A DNA stretch of 64,000 bases from Occultella glacieicola (GCF_004353825.1 NZ_SMNA01000008.1:1-64000), one strand, 5' to 3'. Counted from the stretch's first letter, positions 1-10,304 are shown. Notes: generated from the letters alone by a model not told the origin. Translations and numbers: made by a program.

Positions 1-2364
1 ACCGACCACGGCGACGTCGCGCGGTACGTCCCTCGTGGTGACCGCTCCGGCGGCCCGCGCCCGCCCCGCCCCGGCAACAACCCGTTCGCGTCGTCCCAGG
101 GCATGCCCCGACCGGGCGGCACCGGCGGTGCGGCAGGCCCGCGTCCCGGCGGCACCGGCGGCCCGCGTCCCGGCGGCACCGGTGGTCCGCGCCCCGGCGG
201 CGGGAACCGGCCCACGCCCGGCATGATGCCCGGGCGCAGCGCGGTCTCCCGACCCGGTGCTCCCGCCCGTAGTGGTGGGCCCGGCGGCGGTCGTGGTGGC
301 CGAGGTGGCCCCGGTGCCGGTGGTGGCGGTGGCTTCGGTGGCCGTCCCGGCGGCGGCGGTGGTCCCGGTGCCGGTGGTGGCGGTGGCTTCGGTGGCCGTC
401 CCGGCGGCGGCGGCCGTGGTGGTCGTGGCGGTACCCAGGGCGCGTTCGGTCGCGCCGGAGGGCGTCCCGTCCGTGGCCGCAAGTCGAAGCGAGCCAAGCG
501 CCAGGAGTTCGAGCAGCAGTCCGCGCCGTCCATCGGCGGCGTCCAGGTCCCCCGGGGCGACGGGTCCACCGTCATCCGGATCCGCGCCGGCGCGTCCCTC
601 GCGGACTTCGCCGACCGGATCGACGCGAACCCCGCGAGCCTGGTCACGGTCCTGTTCCACCTCGGTGAGATGGCGACCGCGACCCAGTCCCTCGACGAGG
701 ACACCTTCCAGGCCCTCGGCGCCGAACTCGGGTACGTCATCGAGATCGTCTCGCCCGAGGAGGAGGACCGCGAACTGCTCGGCACGTTCGACATCGACCT
801 CGAGGCCGAGGAGGCCGCCGAGGACGACTCCGATCTGGCGCCGCGGCCCCCGGTCGTGACCGTCATGGGTCACGTCGACCACGGGAAGACCCGACTTCTC
901 GACGCGATCCGCAGCACCGACGTGGTGGCCGGCGAGGCCGGTGGCATCACCCAGCACATCGGTGCCTACCAGGTGCAGGCCCAGCACGAGGGTGCCGACC
1001 GTGCGATCACGTTCATCGACACACCCGGTCACGAGGCGTTCACCGCCATGCGTGCCCGTGGTGCGCAGGTGACCGACATCGCGATCCTGGTGGTCGCCGC
1101 GGATGACGGCGTGATGCCGCAGACCGTGGAGGCGTTGAACCACGTCCAGGCCGCCGGTGTGCCGATCGTGGTCGCCGTGAACAAGGTGGACAAGCCGGAC
1201 GCCAACCCCGACAAGATCCGCCAGCAGCTCACCGAGTACAACCTGGTGGCGGAGGAGTACGGCGGCGACACCATGTTCGTCAACGTCTCGGCCCGCAACC
1301 GCACCGGGATCGACGACCTCCTCGAGGCCGTCCTGCTGACCGCGGATGCCGCGCTGGAGTTGAAGGCGAACCCGAACAAGGACGCCCGAGGCGTGGCCAT
1401 CGAGGCCAACCTGGACAAGGGGCGCGGCGCCGTGGCGACCGTGCTGGTCCAGTCCGGGACGCTCCGGGTCGGGGATGCCATCGTCGCCGGCACGGCACAC
1501 GGTCGCGTCCGAGCGATGTTCGACGAGCACGGCGAGACCGTGCCCGAGGCGAGCCCCGCTCGTCCCGTTCAGGTCCTCGGTCTGACCTCGGTGCCGCGCG
1601 CCGGTGACACCTTCCTGGTGGCCCCGGACGACCGCACGGCACGCCAGATCGCCGACAAGCGTGAGGCCGCGGAGCGGGCCGCCACCCTGGCCAAGCGCCG
1701 GAAGCGGATCTCGCTCGAGGACTTCACCCAGGCGCTCGAGCAGGGCAAGGTGGAGACGCTCAACCTGGTCCTCAAGGGCGACGTCTCCGGTGCCGTCGAG
1801 GCGCTCGAGGACGCTCTGCTCAAGATCGACGTGGGCGACGAGGTCGATCTCCGGATCATCCACCGCGGTGTCGGTGCGATCACGCAGAACGACGTCAACC
1901 TGGCGACGGTGGACAACGCCGTCATCATCGGCTTCAACGTGCGGCCCGCCGAGCGGGTCACCGAACTGGCCGACCGCGAGGGTGTCGAGATCAAGTACTA
2001 CTCGGTCATCTACTCCGCGATCGAGGACGTCGAGAACGCACTCAAGGGCATGCTCAAGCCGGAGTTCGAGGAGGTTCAGCTGGGTACCGCCGAGGTGCGC
2101 CAGGTGTTCCGTTCCTCGAAGGTCGGCAGCATCGCCGGTTCGATCATCCGCTCCGGCACGATCCGGCGGAACTCGAAGGCCCGGCTGCTGCGCGATGGCG
2201 TCGTCATCGCCGACAACCTCACGGTCGAGTCCCTGCGCCGCGAGAAGGATGACGTCACCGAGGTCCGCGAGGGCTTCGAGTGCGGTATCGGACTCGGGTA
2301 CCGGGACATCCAGGAGGGCGACGTCGTCGAGACCTTCGAGATGCGCGAGAAGCCGCGGGCCTGA
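1..2364 (+). CDS. infB: Translation initiation factor IF-2 (5' part outside window)
   Basis: Frame is open from base 1 (PRPGNNPF...). G-domain motifs [16 protein letters not shown] and NKVD; Gly/Pro/Arg-rich actinobacterial N-terminal region. Confidence 0.99.
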   Translation, partial: TDHGDVARYVPRGDRSGGPRPPRPGNNPFASSQGMPRPGGTGGAAGPRPGGTGGPRPGGTGGPRPGGGNRPTPGMMPGRSAVSRPGAPARSGGPGGGRGGRGGPGAGGGGGFGGRPGGGGGPGAGGGGGFGGRPGGGGRGGRGGTQGAFGRAGGRPVRGRKSKRAKRQEFEQQSAPSIGGVQVPRGDGSTVIRIRAGASLADFADRIDANPASLVTVLFHLGEMATATQSLDEDTFQALGAELGYVIEIVSPEEEDRELLGTFDIDLEAEEAAEDDSDLAPRPPVVTVMGHVDHGKTRLLDAIRSTDVVAGEAGGITQHIGAYQVQAQHEGADRAITFIDTPGHEAFTAMRARGAQVTDIAILVVAADDGVMPQTVEALNHVQAAGVPIVVAVNKVDKPDANPDKIRQQLTEYNLVAEEYGGDTMFVNVSARNRTGIDDLLEAVLLTADAALELKANPNKDARGVAIEANLDKGRGAVATVLVQSGTLRVGDAIVAGTAHGRVRAMFDEHGETVPEASPARPVQVLGLTSVPRAGDTFLVAPDDRTARQIADKREAAERAATLAKRRKRISLEDFTQALEQGKVETLNLVLKGDVSGAVEALEDALLKIDVGDEVDLRIIHRGVGAITQNDVNLATVDNAVIIGFNVRPAERVTELADREGVEIKYYSVIYSAIEDVENALKGMLKPEFEEVQLGTAEVRQVFRSSKVGSIAGSIIRSGTIRRNSKARLLRDGVVIADNLTVESLRREKDDVTEVREGFECGIGLGYRDIQEGDVVETFEMREKPRA

Positions 2365-2383
2365 CCCCGGTTCGGGCCACGGC

Positions 2384-2416
2384 GTGGTCCGGGTGGGCAC
2401 ATCCCGCCCGGACCAC
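2384..2416 (+). other. GC-rich hairpin between infB and rbfA
   Basis: gtggtccgggtggg / cccgcccggaccac inverted repeat, no U-tract. Confidence 0.5.
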
Positions 2417-2477
2417 ACCATCGTGATCACAACGGCGGCGCCGGTCGGGCGCCGCACAGACGAGGAGGAGCACGGCC

Positions 2478-2942
2478 ATGGCAGACAGCGGACGTGCGCG
2501 CAAGCTCAGCGACCGGATCCAGCAGATCGTCGCGACCATGCTGGACACCCGGATCAAGGATCCGCGGCTCGGTTTCGTCACGGTGACCGACGTCCGCGTC
2601 ACCGGTGACCTCCAGCACGCCACGGTGTTCTACACGGTGCTGGGCGACGAGGAGGCGCGCACCGCCTCGGCCGCGGCCCTGGAGTCCGCCCGCGGGCTGA
2701 TCCGCTCCGAGGTGGGCAAGCAGACCGGGATCCGGCTGACCCCCACCCTGGAGTTCGTCCTGGACGCGGTGCCGGAGACGGCGGCGCACCTCGAGGACGC
2801 GCTCCGCAAGGCGGCCGAGCACGACGCCGAACTCGCACGTCTGCGCGAGGGCGCGGCGTACGCGGGGGAGGCCGATCCGTACCGGAAGCCGGCGACACCG
2901 ACCGACCCGTCCGAGGACGGCAGCCGGCCGAACGCCGACTGA
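2478..2942 (+). CDS. rbfA: Ribosome-binding factor A
   Basis: [20 protein letters not shown] and RLTPTLEF motifs; GGAGGAG RBS; follows infB. Confidence 0.98.
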   Translation: MADSGRARKLSDRIQQIVATMLDTRIKDPRLGFVTVTDVRVTGDLQHATVFYTVLGDEEARTASAAALESARGLIRSEVGKQTGIRLTPTLEFVLDAVPETAAHLEDALRKAAEHDAELARLREGAAYAGEADPYRKPATPTDPSEDGSRPNAD

Positions 2943-2950
2943 GGAAGACA

Positions 2951-3006
2951 CAACAAGGGCCGTCGGGTCCGATCCCCGAGGGGACCGGACCCGACGGCCC
3001 TCGTTG
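2951..3006. terminator. Long hairpin, probable bidirectional terminator between rbfA and the MFS gene
   Basis: agggccgtcgggtccg / cggacccgacggccct inverted repeat between convergent genes. Confidence 0.75.
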
Positions 3007-3029
3007 CGCGAGGGCTCGGACCTCGGCGC

Positions 3030-4490
3030 TCAGGCCTCGGCCGTGGCGAGCTCGGCCTGCTCCGGGCCGGTGGCCGCGCGGCGCGGCAGGAACAACCCGG
3101 CCACCGTTGCGATCGCGAGCACGCCCGACCCCACGACCAGGGCCGCAACGAGCCCGTCGGCATAGGTCTGCGGGTCGAAGCCGCCACCGGCGCCGAGGAA
3201 CACGGCCGTGAGCACCGCGACGCCGAGCGCGACGCCGACCTCCCGCACGGTCGAGTTCACGCTCGACGCGCTCGCCCGATCCCGCTCCGACACGTCGGCG
3301 AGCACCGCCGTCGACAACGGCGCGAACGTCAGGCCCATGCCCACGCCGGCGAGCACGAATGCCGGGACCAGGGTGGTGTAGGCGCCCGGGTCCGCGGCGA
3401 CGCCCCACGCCAGCCACGCCATCGCCACGGTCTGCAGGGCGAGCCCGGTGGTCGCCAGCACCCGGACGCCGACCCGGCCCGCGAGGGCCCCGGCGACCGG
3501 AGCGACCAGCATCGGCGCGGCGGTCCAGGGCAACGTCCGCACCCCTGCCTCCAACGGGGTGAACCCCTGTGCGACCTGAAGGAACTGGGTCAGCAGGAAC
3601 ACGGCACCGAACATGCCGAGCGAGAACGCGAAGCCGGTCACGTTGGCCGCCGTGAAGCTACGGACCCGGTACAGGGCGAGGGGCACCAACGGACTCGCGG
3701 TGCGCCGCTGCCGGAACACGAACAGCACCAGCAGAATGGCCGCGGAGCCGAGCATCGCCAGGATCAGCGGATCGGTCCAGCCGCGGTCGTTCGCGTCCAC
3801 GATCGCCCACACACCGAGCAGGATGCCCCCGCCCGCGGCCAGCACACCGAACAGGTCGAGCCGCTGCCGCCGGCCACGCGCGTTGCGTAGCCCGATGAGG
3901 ATCAACGGCACCGCGACCGCGGCGACCGGCACGTTCAGCCAGAAGATCGACTGCCAGCTGAGCCCCTCCACCACGGCCCCGCCGATCAGCGGCCCGAGCG
4001 CGATCCCGAGCCCGGAGACCCCACCCCAGATCCCGATGGCCATGGGCCGGCGGGCCGGCGGCACCGCGTCGGCGAGGAGCGTCAGTGACAGAGGAAGGAT
4101 CGCCGAGGCCCCGATGCCCTGGACGGCACGGGCGGCGATGAGCTGGTCCGCGGAGCCGGACATCGCGCTCGCGATCGAGGCGAGGGTGAAGATCGTGACA
4201 CCCGCCAGGAAGACGGTGCGTCGCCCGACGCGGTCGCCGAGGATCGCGGCGGGGATCATGCCGGTGGCGAAGGCGAGGGTGTAGGCGTTCACGAACCACT
4301 GCCGTTGCTCGACCGTGGGCGCCAGATCGGCCGAGAGCACCGGGAGGGCCCCGGTCATCACGAGATTGTCCAGGGTGGCCATGAACATGGGCAGTGAGGC
4401 CGCCAGCAGGGCGAGCCAGACCGGCGGCGTCCGCCGAGTGGCGGGTGCGGTGTCGGGATCGGACGGGATGGACTTGAGGAGGGTGGTCAC
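3030..4490 (-). CDS. DHA2-family (14-TM) MFS drug efflux transporter
   Basis: FMATLDNLV, LGDRVGRR, ARAVQGIG and WQSIFWLNVP motifs; divergent TetR. Confidence 0.92.
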   Translation of the reverse strand: MTTLLKSIPSDPDTAPATRRTPPVWLALLAASLPMFMATLDNLVMTGALPVLSADLAPTVEQRQWFVNAYTLAFATGMIPAAILGDRVGRRTVFLAGVTIFTLASIASAMSGSADQLIAARAVQGIGASAILPLSLTLLADAVPPARRPMAIGIWGGVSGLGIALGPLIGGAVVEGLSWQSIFWLNVPVAAVAVPLILIGLRNARGRRQRLDLFGVLAAGGGILLGVWAIVDANDRGWTDPLILAMLGSAAILLVLFVFRQRRTASPLVPLALYRVRSFTAANVTGFAFSLGMFGAVFLLTQFLQVAQGFTPLEAGVRTLPWTAAPMLVAPVAGALAGRVGVRVLATTGLALQTVAMAWLAWGVAADPGAYTTLVPAFVLAGVGMGLTFAPLSTAVLADVSERDRASASSVNSTVREVGVALGVAVLTAVFLGAGGGFDPQTYADGLVAALVVGSGVLAIATVAGLFLPRRAATGPEQAELATAEA

Positions 4491-4540
4491 GAGTGCATCT
4501 CCCAGGGTCGGGGCGGTTGCTGCGGCGTCGGCGGGCGCCA

Positions 4541-4594
4541 GTAAGCATTCACTGATTACTTACGCGGAGGACGTTAGTTATCGTCTGATACCTT
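4541..4594. promoter_or_regulatory. Divergent MFS/TetR promoter with probable TetR operators
   Basis: AT-rich imperfect palindrome gtaagcattcactgattacttac plus a related copy (gttagttatcgtctgatacc); TACCTT -10 lies 7 nt before ATG 4602. Confidence 0.55.
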
Positions 4595-4601
4595 GTCAAC
4601 C

Positions 4602-5186
4602 ATGACGATCGAGGAACCACCGCAGGCCCGCGGCCCGGTTCGCCGGATGAGCCGGGAGGAGCGGCGCGAGCAGATCCTGGACGCCGCCACCTCGGTGTTC
4701 GCCACCGGCGGCTACGCGGGCACCAGCACCGATGACGTGGCCAGGGCAGCCGGGGTGTCCCAGCCCTACGTGGTCCGGTTCTTCGGGACGAAGGCCGATC
4801 TGTTCCTGGCCGTGTTCGACCGGATCACCGCACAGATCATCGATCGCTTCGAGGCGGTGGCGCCCGGGCCCGATGCGAAGTCCCGGATGGCCGGCGCGTA
4901 CACGGACCTGATCGCGGATCCGACCAGTCTCAAGGTGCTCATGCACGGCTTCGTGATCGGTTCCGAACCGGCGATCGGGGCGCGTGCGCGGGCGACGTTC
5001 GCGCGGATCTTCGCGCTCTACCTGGACCGCACCGGCGGCACCGCCGAGGAGGCCCGGAACTTCCTCGCGCACGGGATGCTGCTCAACGTGCTGTTCGCCA
5101 TCGAAGCGCCCCAGCATGCCGCGACGGGTGGCGCGCTAGCCGACCTGGTGCGCTGCGCCCTCACGGGAGAGGGGCTCGACGCGTGA
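4602..5186 (+). CDS. TetR-family transcriptional regulator
   Basis: N-terminal HTH (GYAGTSTDDVARAAGVSQPYVVRFFGTK); stop overlaps the truB start (GTGA). Confidence 0.93.
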   Translation: MTIEEPPQARGPVRRMSREERREQILDAATSVFATGGYAGTSTDDVARAAGVSQPYVVRFFGTKADLFLAVFDRITAQIIDRFEAVAPGPDAKSRMAGAYTDLIADPTSLKVLMHGFVIGSEPAIGARARATFARIFALYLDRTGGTAEEARNFLAHGMLLNVLFAIEAPQHAATGGALADLVRCALTGEGLDA

Positions 5187-6085
5187 GCACCGAGCCCGCC
5201 GTGGACGGCATCGTTCTGGTCGACAAGCCCGGGGAGTGGACAAGTCACGACGTGGTGGCCCGGGTCCGACGGCTCGCCGGGACCCGCAAGGTGGGGCATG
5301 CGGGCACGCTCGACCCGATGGCCACCGGCCTGCTGGTGCTCGGGGTGAACCGGGCCACCAGGCTGCTGACCTATCTGGTCGGCGCCGACAAGACCTATCT
5401 GGCCACGATCCGGCTGGGTCAGGCGACCGTCACCGATGACGCCGAGGGCGAGATCACGGCGAACCCCGGCCTCGGCGACGTCGACGACGAGACGGTGGGC
5501 TCCGCCGTCGCCGGGCTCACCGGCCCGATCGAGCAGGCACCGAGCGCCGTGAGCGCGATCAAGGTCGACGGCAAGCGGTCGTACGCGCGGGTCCGGGCCG
5601 GAGAGGACGTGAGCCTCCCGGCTCGGCCGGTGACCGTGCACGCCTTCGAGGTGCTCGCGAGCCGCCAGGGCATCGCCGACGACGGCACCGCGGTGCGGGA
5701 CCTCGACGTCGAGGTGCGGTGTTCCAGCGGCACCTACATCCGGGCGCTCGCGCGCGATCTCGGTGTGGCGCTCGGCAGCGCCGGCCACCTGACCGCGCTG
5801 CGCCGGACCCGGGTCGGCGACTTCGGCGTCGTGGAGGCGCGGACGCTGACGGAACTGGCTGACGGCGGCGTCCACCCGCTGGGGATGAGCGAGGTCGCCC
5901 GCCGCACCCTGCCGGTCCGGCACCTCACCGACACCGAGACGACCGAGCTTCGCTACGGACGGCGGCTCCCGCCGTCGGGCCGTGACGGTGTGGTGGCCGC
6001 GTTCGCGCCGGACGGGCACGTCGTCGCCCTGGTCGCCGACCGTGGCGGCGTGGCGCGCCCGGTGCTCGTGCTCGACCCGGCCTGA
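5183..6085 (+). CDS. truB: tRNA pseudouridine(55) synthase
   Basis: DKPGEWTSHDVV, GHAGTLDPMATG and CSSGTYIRALARDLG motifs. Confidence 0.98.
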   Translation: MSTEPAVDGIVLVDKPGEWTSHDVVARVRRLAGTRKVGHAGTLDPMATGLLVLGVNRATRLLTYLVGADKTYLATIRLGQATVTDDAEGEITANPGLGDVDDETVGSAVAGLTGPIEQAPSAVSAIKVDGKRSYARVRAGEDVSLPARPVTVHAFEVLASRQGIADDGTAVRDLDVEVRCSSGTYIRALARDLGVALGSAGHLTALRRTRVGDFGVVEARTLTELADGGVHPLGMSEVARRTLPVRHLTDTETTELRYGRRLPPSGRDGVVAAFAPDGHVVALVADRGGVARPVLVLDPA

Positions 6086-7285
6086 TCACTCGCCGGGCGC
6101 GACCGCCCCCCGCAGGACGCGGGTGCGCATCGTCGAGCCGGGATCGATCCGGACGCCCGCCCACCACGCGTCGAGACCGGGGGAGTCGGTACCGGCGACG
6201 AGCTCGGCGTAGGCGCGGGACGAGTGCGGGTTCACGGTGCCCCAGGTGCCGGTGACCGCGATCGCGCGGTCCGGAGCACCGCCGATGCGGGCGACCGGGT
6301 CGAACGGGTTGCGCACGGACACCAGGGTGGTCCCGGCCGGGACCTCGAAGTTGCCGCCGCCGGCCCCGGTCGTGATGATCGAGGCGATGTGGTGACGTGC
6401 ACGGACGTACGGGTCGGCCGCCAGATCGAGTGCCGCGAAACTGCTCTGACTGTGCGTGGCCAGGTGGATCGGCACCCCCGCCGGCACCTCCGCCATCGCC
6501 GCGAGCAGGAGCCGCCGCAGCGGCGTGTCCTTGCCGGATGCGGCCCCGACGGCGCCGTACGCGCCCATCGGGTTCGCGCCGCCCGGGTCCAGCGACCAAT
6601 CCTGGGTGCCGGGCGCGTAGAGCAGAGCGACCCGGCTGCCGTCCGGCCGGGTGATGACGTCGACGCGCACCGCGCCGTCGTGGTCGTACAGGTCCGCCAT
6701 GTCGTGGAGCAGGTCGGCGGGAGATGTGGGCAGGGCGTCGGCCGGCGCGATCTCGTCGGTGATGTCGGTGACCGTGGTGCGCTCGGCACGCTCGTCCGCG
6801 ACCCCCACCAGCGCATCGACGAGCCTCGGGCCGGTGACCGCACTGAGGACGGCCCCGACCGGCCCCCCGACCGCGCTGCCGAGGAGCGCGAGCAACGCCC
6901 CGCCGGTGCCGCGGGCCCAGCCGGCCTCACCCGCCTCCCGAGCGGCATTGGCTGCCGGGTCGACCGCAGGACCGGCGAGCGCGACGGCACCGGTCGGTTC
7001 CGTGGTCGCGGCGGCGGCGCTGGCGTCCTCCTGCTCGACGGCGTCCCCGGCCACCTGCACGGACGCGGTCCGCAGGGCGTCGCTGACGCCGCGCAACGCG
7101 GGTGCGCAGCGCCCGGTCCAGTCGTCGGCGAACCGCCGTCGGTCGGGGCCCGACCAGCTCAGCGCGCCGACGCTCCGATCCAAGCGGCCCACGGTGTCGC
7201 CCAGCACGCGGGCACCGTCCGCGGCGGCCGCGGACCAGGCCCGTAGGGCGGCGACGTCGGCACCGTGGGTGAGCGAGGTGGGCAT
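6086..7285 (-). CDS. WXG100-like N-terminal domain fused to an alpha/beta-hydrolase-like domain (putative type VII secretion substrate)
   Basis: GADVAALR...WSGPDRRRFADDW...EQEDAS helical N-terminus. C-terminal YAPGT, THSQS elbow, DPV and HS motifs. TAGGGT -10 lies 7 nt before ATG 7285. Confidence 0.65.
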   Translation of the reverse strand: MPTSLTHGADVAALRAWSAAAADGARVLGDTVGRLDRSVGALSWSGPDRRRFADDWTGRCAPALRGVSDALRTASVQVAGDAVEQEDASAAAATTEPTGAVALAGPAVDPAANAAREAGEAGWARGTGGALLALLGSAVGGPVGAVLSAVTGPRLVDALVGVADERAERTTVTDITDEIAPADALPTSPADLLHDMADLYDHDGAVRVDVITRPDGSRVALLYAPGTQDWSLDPGGANPMGAYGAVGAASGKDTPLRRLLLAAMAEVPAGVPIHLATHSQSSFAALDLAADPYVRARHHIASIITTGAGGGNFEVPAGTTLVSVRNPFDPVARIGGAPDRAIAVTGTWGTVNPHSSRAYAELVAGTDSPGLDAWWAGVRIDPGSTMRTRVLRGAVAPGE

Positions 7286-7415
7286 GACGGCGACCCTAGG
7301 GCGGTGCCCAAGCGCCCACCAGAGCCGCCCGGGCGGAACCTTCCGCCGTGTGCGCCGTCGTCGGCGGGTGGACCTGTCCGCCCCGGGAACGTCGGCGATC
7401 GGTACGGTGTTCGGG

Positions 7416-7985
7416 ATGACCGCCTTCCCGGACCCGAGCGACGGCTCACCGTCGGTTCCCGTGCTGCGGCTGGGCGTGACCGAGCTGGCCCACCTGCTGG
7501 GGATCAGTCCGACGCCGGCGGCGCGGATCAGCCGGATCGGGTTCGGCCTCGACGATGACGTGGACCGGGCGCCGGGCAGGCGGTCGCTCGTCCGCCGTGG
7601 GCTGCTCGGCCCGCACGGTCCGGTCGGGGACGCGAAGCGGGTGATGGAGGTCCTCACCCACGGACGGTCCTGGCTCCGGGTCGTCGGCGCGACGGGCGAC
7701 GCCGCGCACGTGGTGATGGGCACGACCCGCGCGGTGGTCAGCTCGCCGATCCCGGACGGGCACGAGTTCGCGCCCATCGTCGCGTCGGTGGCGGTCGCGG
7801 AGGCGGTCGCCGACCTCGCCTGCGCCGTCGTGCAGCGCTCGGGACGGCCCGCCAAGGTGCAGGTCGTCCGTCTCGGGTACGGACGCTCCGACGAGGTCAT
7901 CGAGGTGCCGACGGACCGCCTCGAGCGCGATGTCGTGGTCGACGTGGCGCGGTCGCTCGGTCTTCCGCTGAGCGACGTGCGCTGA
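7416..7985 (+). CDS. Hypothetical protein, possibly EspG-like
   Basis: High-GC3 ORF with TACGGT -10 7 nt before ATG; divergent from the WXG100-like gene. Family call is tentative. Confidence 0.55.
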   Translation: MTAFPDPSDGSPSVPVLRLGVTELAHLLGISPTPAARISRIGFGLDDDVDRAPGRRSLVRRGLLGPHGPVGDAKRVMEVLTHGRSWLRVVGATGDAAHVVMGTTRAVVSSPIPDGHEFAPIVASVAVAEAVADLACAVVQRSGRPAKVQVVRLGYGRSDEVIEVPTDRLERDVVVDVARSLGLPLSDVR

Positions 7986-8007
7986 CCCACACTGCCGAGC
8001 GGTTCTC

Positions 8008-8036
8008 TTGACGCGCGGCATATCGCGATATATCGT
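8008..8036 (+). promoter_or_regulatory. Sigma-70-like promoter with overlapping palindromes (probable PadR operator)
   Basis: TTGACG-N17-TATCGT; palindromes atatcgcgatat (8020-8031) and cgatatatcg (8026-8035). Confidence 0.65.
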
Positions 8037-8061
8037 GACTATGTCGACGAAAGGACACGAC

Positions 8062-8805
8062 ATGACGTATCACGACGAATCAGAGATCTACGGCGCACGT
8101 GGGCGCCGGGGCCGGGGCGTTCCCGGCGAGTCCCGCGGACGAGGCGACGGCGGCCGGTACGGCGACCCGTTCGAGCCCGGGCAACTGCCCGACGGGCTCG
8201 CCGGGCGGGGCTTCGGCCCGAGGCGCCGCCGCGGCGGGCCGGGCGGTGGGTACGGACCGCGGCCCGACGAGGCCGGTGGGCCGGACTTCGGAGGCCACGG
8301 ACACCGGGGCCGCGGAGGCGGTCGTGGTCGGCGCGGCGGTCCGCGCCCGCGCGGTGACGTCCGGGCCGCCATCCTGCTGCTGCTCGCCGAGGAGCCACGG
8401 CACGGCTACCAGTTGATCCAAGAGATCGGAGAGCGGAGCGCGGGCGCCTGGACGCCGAGCCCCGGATCGGTCTACCCGACCCTGCAGGCGCTCGAGGATG
8501 AGGGATTGCTCACCATCGAGACCGTCGACGGCCGCCGTACCGCGGCGCTCACCGAGGCGGGCAGGAGGTACGTGGAGGACAACCGGGACGGCCTCGGTAC
8601 CCCTTGGCAGGTCGGCGGGCACGAGGCAGCGCTGGCCGTCCGCCGCAGCATGATGGCCTTCGTCGATGCCGCGAAGCAGGTGGTCCGGGTCGGCGACGCC
8701 GCGCAGCACAAGGCGGCCGTGGCGATCATGGACGGCGCCCGCAAGGACCTCTACCGGATCCTGGCCCAGGAGTCCGGACCCGCCGGCGAGGAGTCCGACG
8801 GGTAA
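8062..8805 (+). CDS. PadR-family transcriptional regulator with Gly/Arg-rich N-terminus
   Basis: RGDVRAAILLLLAEEPRHGYQLI...PSPGSVYPTLQALEDEGL; AAAGGA RBS. Confidence 0.93.
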   Translation: MTYHDESEIYGARGRRGRGVPGESRGRGDGGRYGDPFEPGQLPDGLAGRGFGPRRRRGGPGGGYGPRPDEAGGPDFGGHGHRGRGGGRGRRGGPRPRGDVRAAILLLLAEEPRHGYQLIQEIGERSAGAWTPSPGSVYPTLQALEDEGLLTIETVDGRRTAALTEAGRRYVEDNRDGLGTPWQVGGHEAALAVRRSMMAFVDAAKQVVRVGDAAQHKAAVAIMDGARKDLYRILAQESGPAGEESDG

Positions 8806-8887
8806 CGACTTCGCGCACACCCACCCGGAGGTGGCACGCTTGGCCTCGGTGTCCCGACCTGGGACCACATGGGAGGCGAACAAGAAC

Positions 8888-9877
8888 GTGCGGCGCTGGA
8901 ACGGCATCACGGAGATTCCTGCGGACCTGGCCGCGAGTGTGCTCACCATCGGCAACTTCGACGGCGTCCACCTCGGCCACCGCGCGGTGCTGGCCGAGGT
9001 GGTGGCCGCGGCGCGCGCCGAGGGCGTCCCCGCGGTAGCGGTCACGTTCGATCCCCACCCGGCCACCGTGCACCGGCCCGAGAGCGCGCCGACCCTGCTC
9101 ACCGGCCTGGACGACCGGCTTGCGCTGATGGCGCAGACCGGTCTGGACGCCGTCCTGGTCATCAACTACACCGAGGAGTTCGCCCGGCAGGCGCCGGAGG
9201 AGTTCGTGCGCCGCTACTTCGTGGACGCCCTGCACGCACGCCGGGTAGTGATCGGGGAGGACATCCGGTTCGGCTGGGGGAACGTCGGTGACCGGACCAC
9301 GATGAGCGAACTGGGTGAGCGCCTGGGGTTCGACGTCGAGGTCGTCCACGACGTGGCCGAGCCGGGGGAGCGTCGCTGGTCCTCCACCTGGGTGCGTGAA
9401 CTCCTCGCCGAGGGCGACTGCGCGGGTGTCGCGCGGGTCCTCGGGCGACCGCACCGGATGCGCGGGGTGGTCGTGCACGGCGAGGCCCGCGGACGCGAGA
9501 TGGGCTTCCCGACGGCGAACCTCGACACCGCGGCGACCGGCACCATCCCCGCGGACGGCGTGTATGCCGGGTGGCTCGTGCGGCACCCCGGATCCGCGGA
9601 GGAGACCACCCTGCCGGCGGCCATCTCGATCGGCACGAACCCGACCTTCGACGGCGTCCAGCGGCGTGTCGAGGCCCACGTGCTCGGCCGGACCGACCTG
9701 GACCTGTACGACGAGGAGGTCGTGGTGGAGTTCGTCCGTAGGCTACGCCCGACCCTGCGCTACGAGGGCATCGCCGCGCTGATCGACCAGATGCGACAGG
9801 ACGTCGTCGCGGCTGCGGACGTGCTCGGGGTGCCCCATCCGGCGCCGCTGCCGGCCTCGGGCTCCACCACGCACTGA
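8888..9877 (+). CDS. ribF: Bifunctional riboflavin kinase/FAD synthetase
   Basis: IGNFDGVHLGH, GFPTAN, ISIGTNPTF and VEAH motifs; GTG start inferred. Confidence 0.97.
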   Translation: MRRWNGITEIPADLAASVLTIGNFDGVHLGHRAVLAEVVAAARAEGVPAVAVTFDPHPATVHRPESAPTLLTGLDDRLALMAQTGLDAVLVINYTEEFARQAPEEFVRRYFVDALHARRVVIGEDIRFGWGNVGDRTTMSELGERLGFDVEVVHDVAEPGERRWSSTWVRELLAEGDCAGVARVLGRPHRMRGVVVHGEARGREMGFPTANLDTAATGTIPADGVYAGWLVRHPGSAEETTLPAAISIGTNPTFDGVQRRVEAHVLGRTDLDLYDEEVVVEFVRRLRPTLRYEGIAALIDQMRQDVVAAADVLGVPHPAPLPASGSTTH

Positions 9878-9942
9878 GAGCAGCCGAGAGCAGGGCCACA
9901 GACGCCGATTCCTCGACGGGAAGCCCCGGGTGATAACCTGAT

Positions 9943-10009
9943 CGTTGCCGTCAGATCGGCCGCGGATTCGTCATGCCCGGGAGAACATGCCCCGGTGCTC
10001 CGCGCAACG
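9943..10009 (+). promoter_or_regulatory. Putative actinobacterial S15 (rpsO) autoregulatory leader
   Basis: Structured 5' UTR closed by cgttgc/gcaacg pairing, downstream of TAACCT -10 (9934-9939). Confidence 0.55.
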
Positions 10010-10027
10010 AGAACACCAAGGAGAACC

Positions 10028-10297
10028 GTGGCCCTCGATGTCGCAGTCAAGAAGCAGATCATTGCCGAATACGCCACCCACGAGGGTGACACCGGCTCCC
10101 CCGAGGTCCAGATCGCGCTGCTCTCGCGGCGGATCAAGGACCTGACCGAGCACTTCAAGGAGCACAAGCACGACCACCACTCGCGTCGTGGCCTGCTGCT
10201 CCTGGTCGGCCAGCGCCGTCGCCTCCTCGGCTACCTGCGCGACGTCGACATCGAGCGCTACCGCTCGCTCATCGAACGTCTCGGCCTGCGCCGATAG
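10028..10297 (+). CDS. rpsO: 30S ribosomal protein S15
   Basis: [12 protein letters not shown] and [10 protein letters not shown] motifs; AAGGAG RBS before GTG. Confidence 0.99.
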   Translation: MALDVAVKKQIIAEYATHEGDTGSPEVQIALLSRRIKDLTEHFKEHKHDHHSRRGLLLLVGQRRRLLGYLRDVDIERYRSLIERLGLRR

Positions 10298-10304
10298 TGA
10301 CGTG

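Noticed and set aside
100..430. Tandem PRPGGTGG and Gly-rich repeats
   Set aside because: Normal low-complexity region of actinobacterial IF-2.
7286..7990. N-terminal 235-aa extension of the 634-aa ORF 6086-7990
   Set aside because: It is antisense to a plausible gene at 7416-7985, and a -10 box supports the start at 7285.
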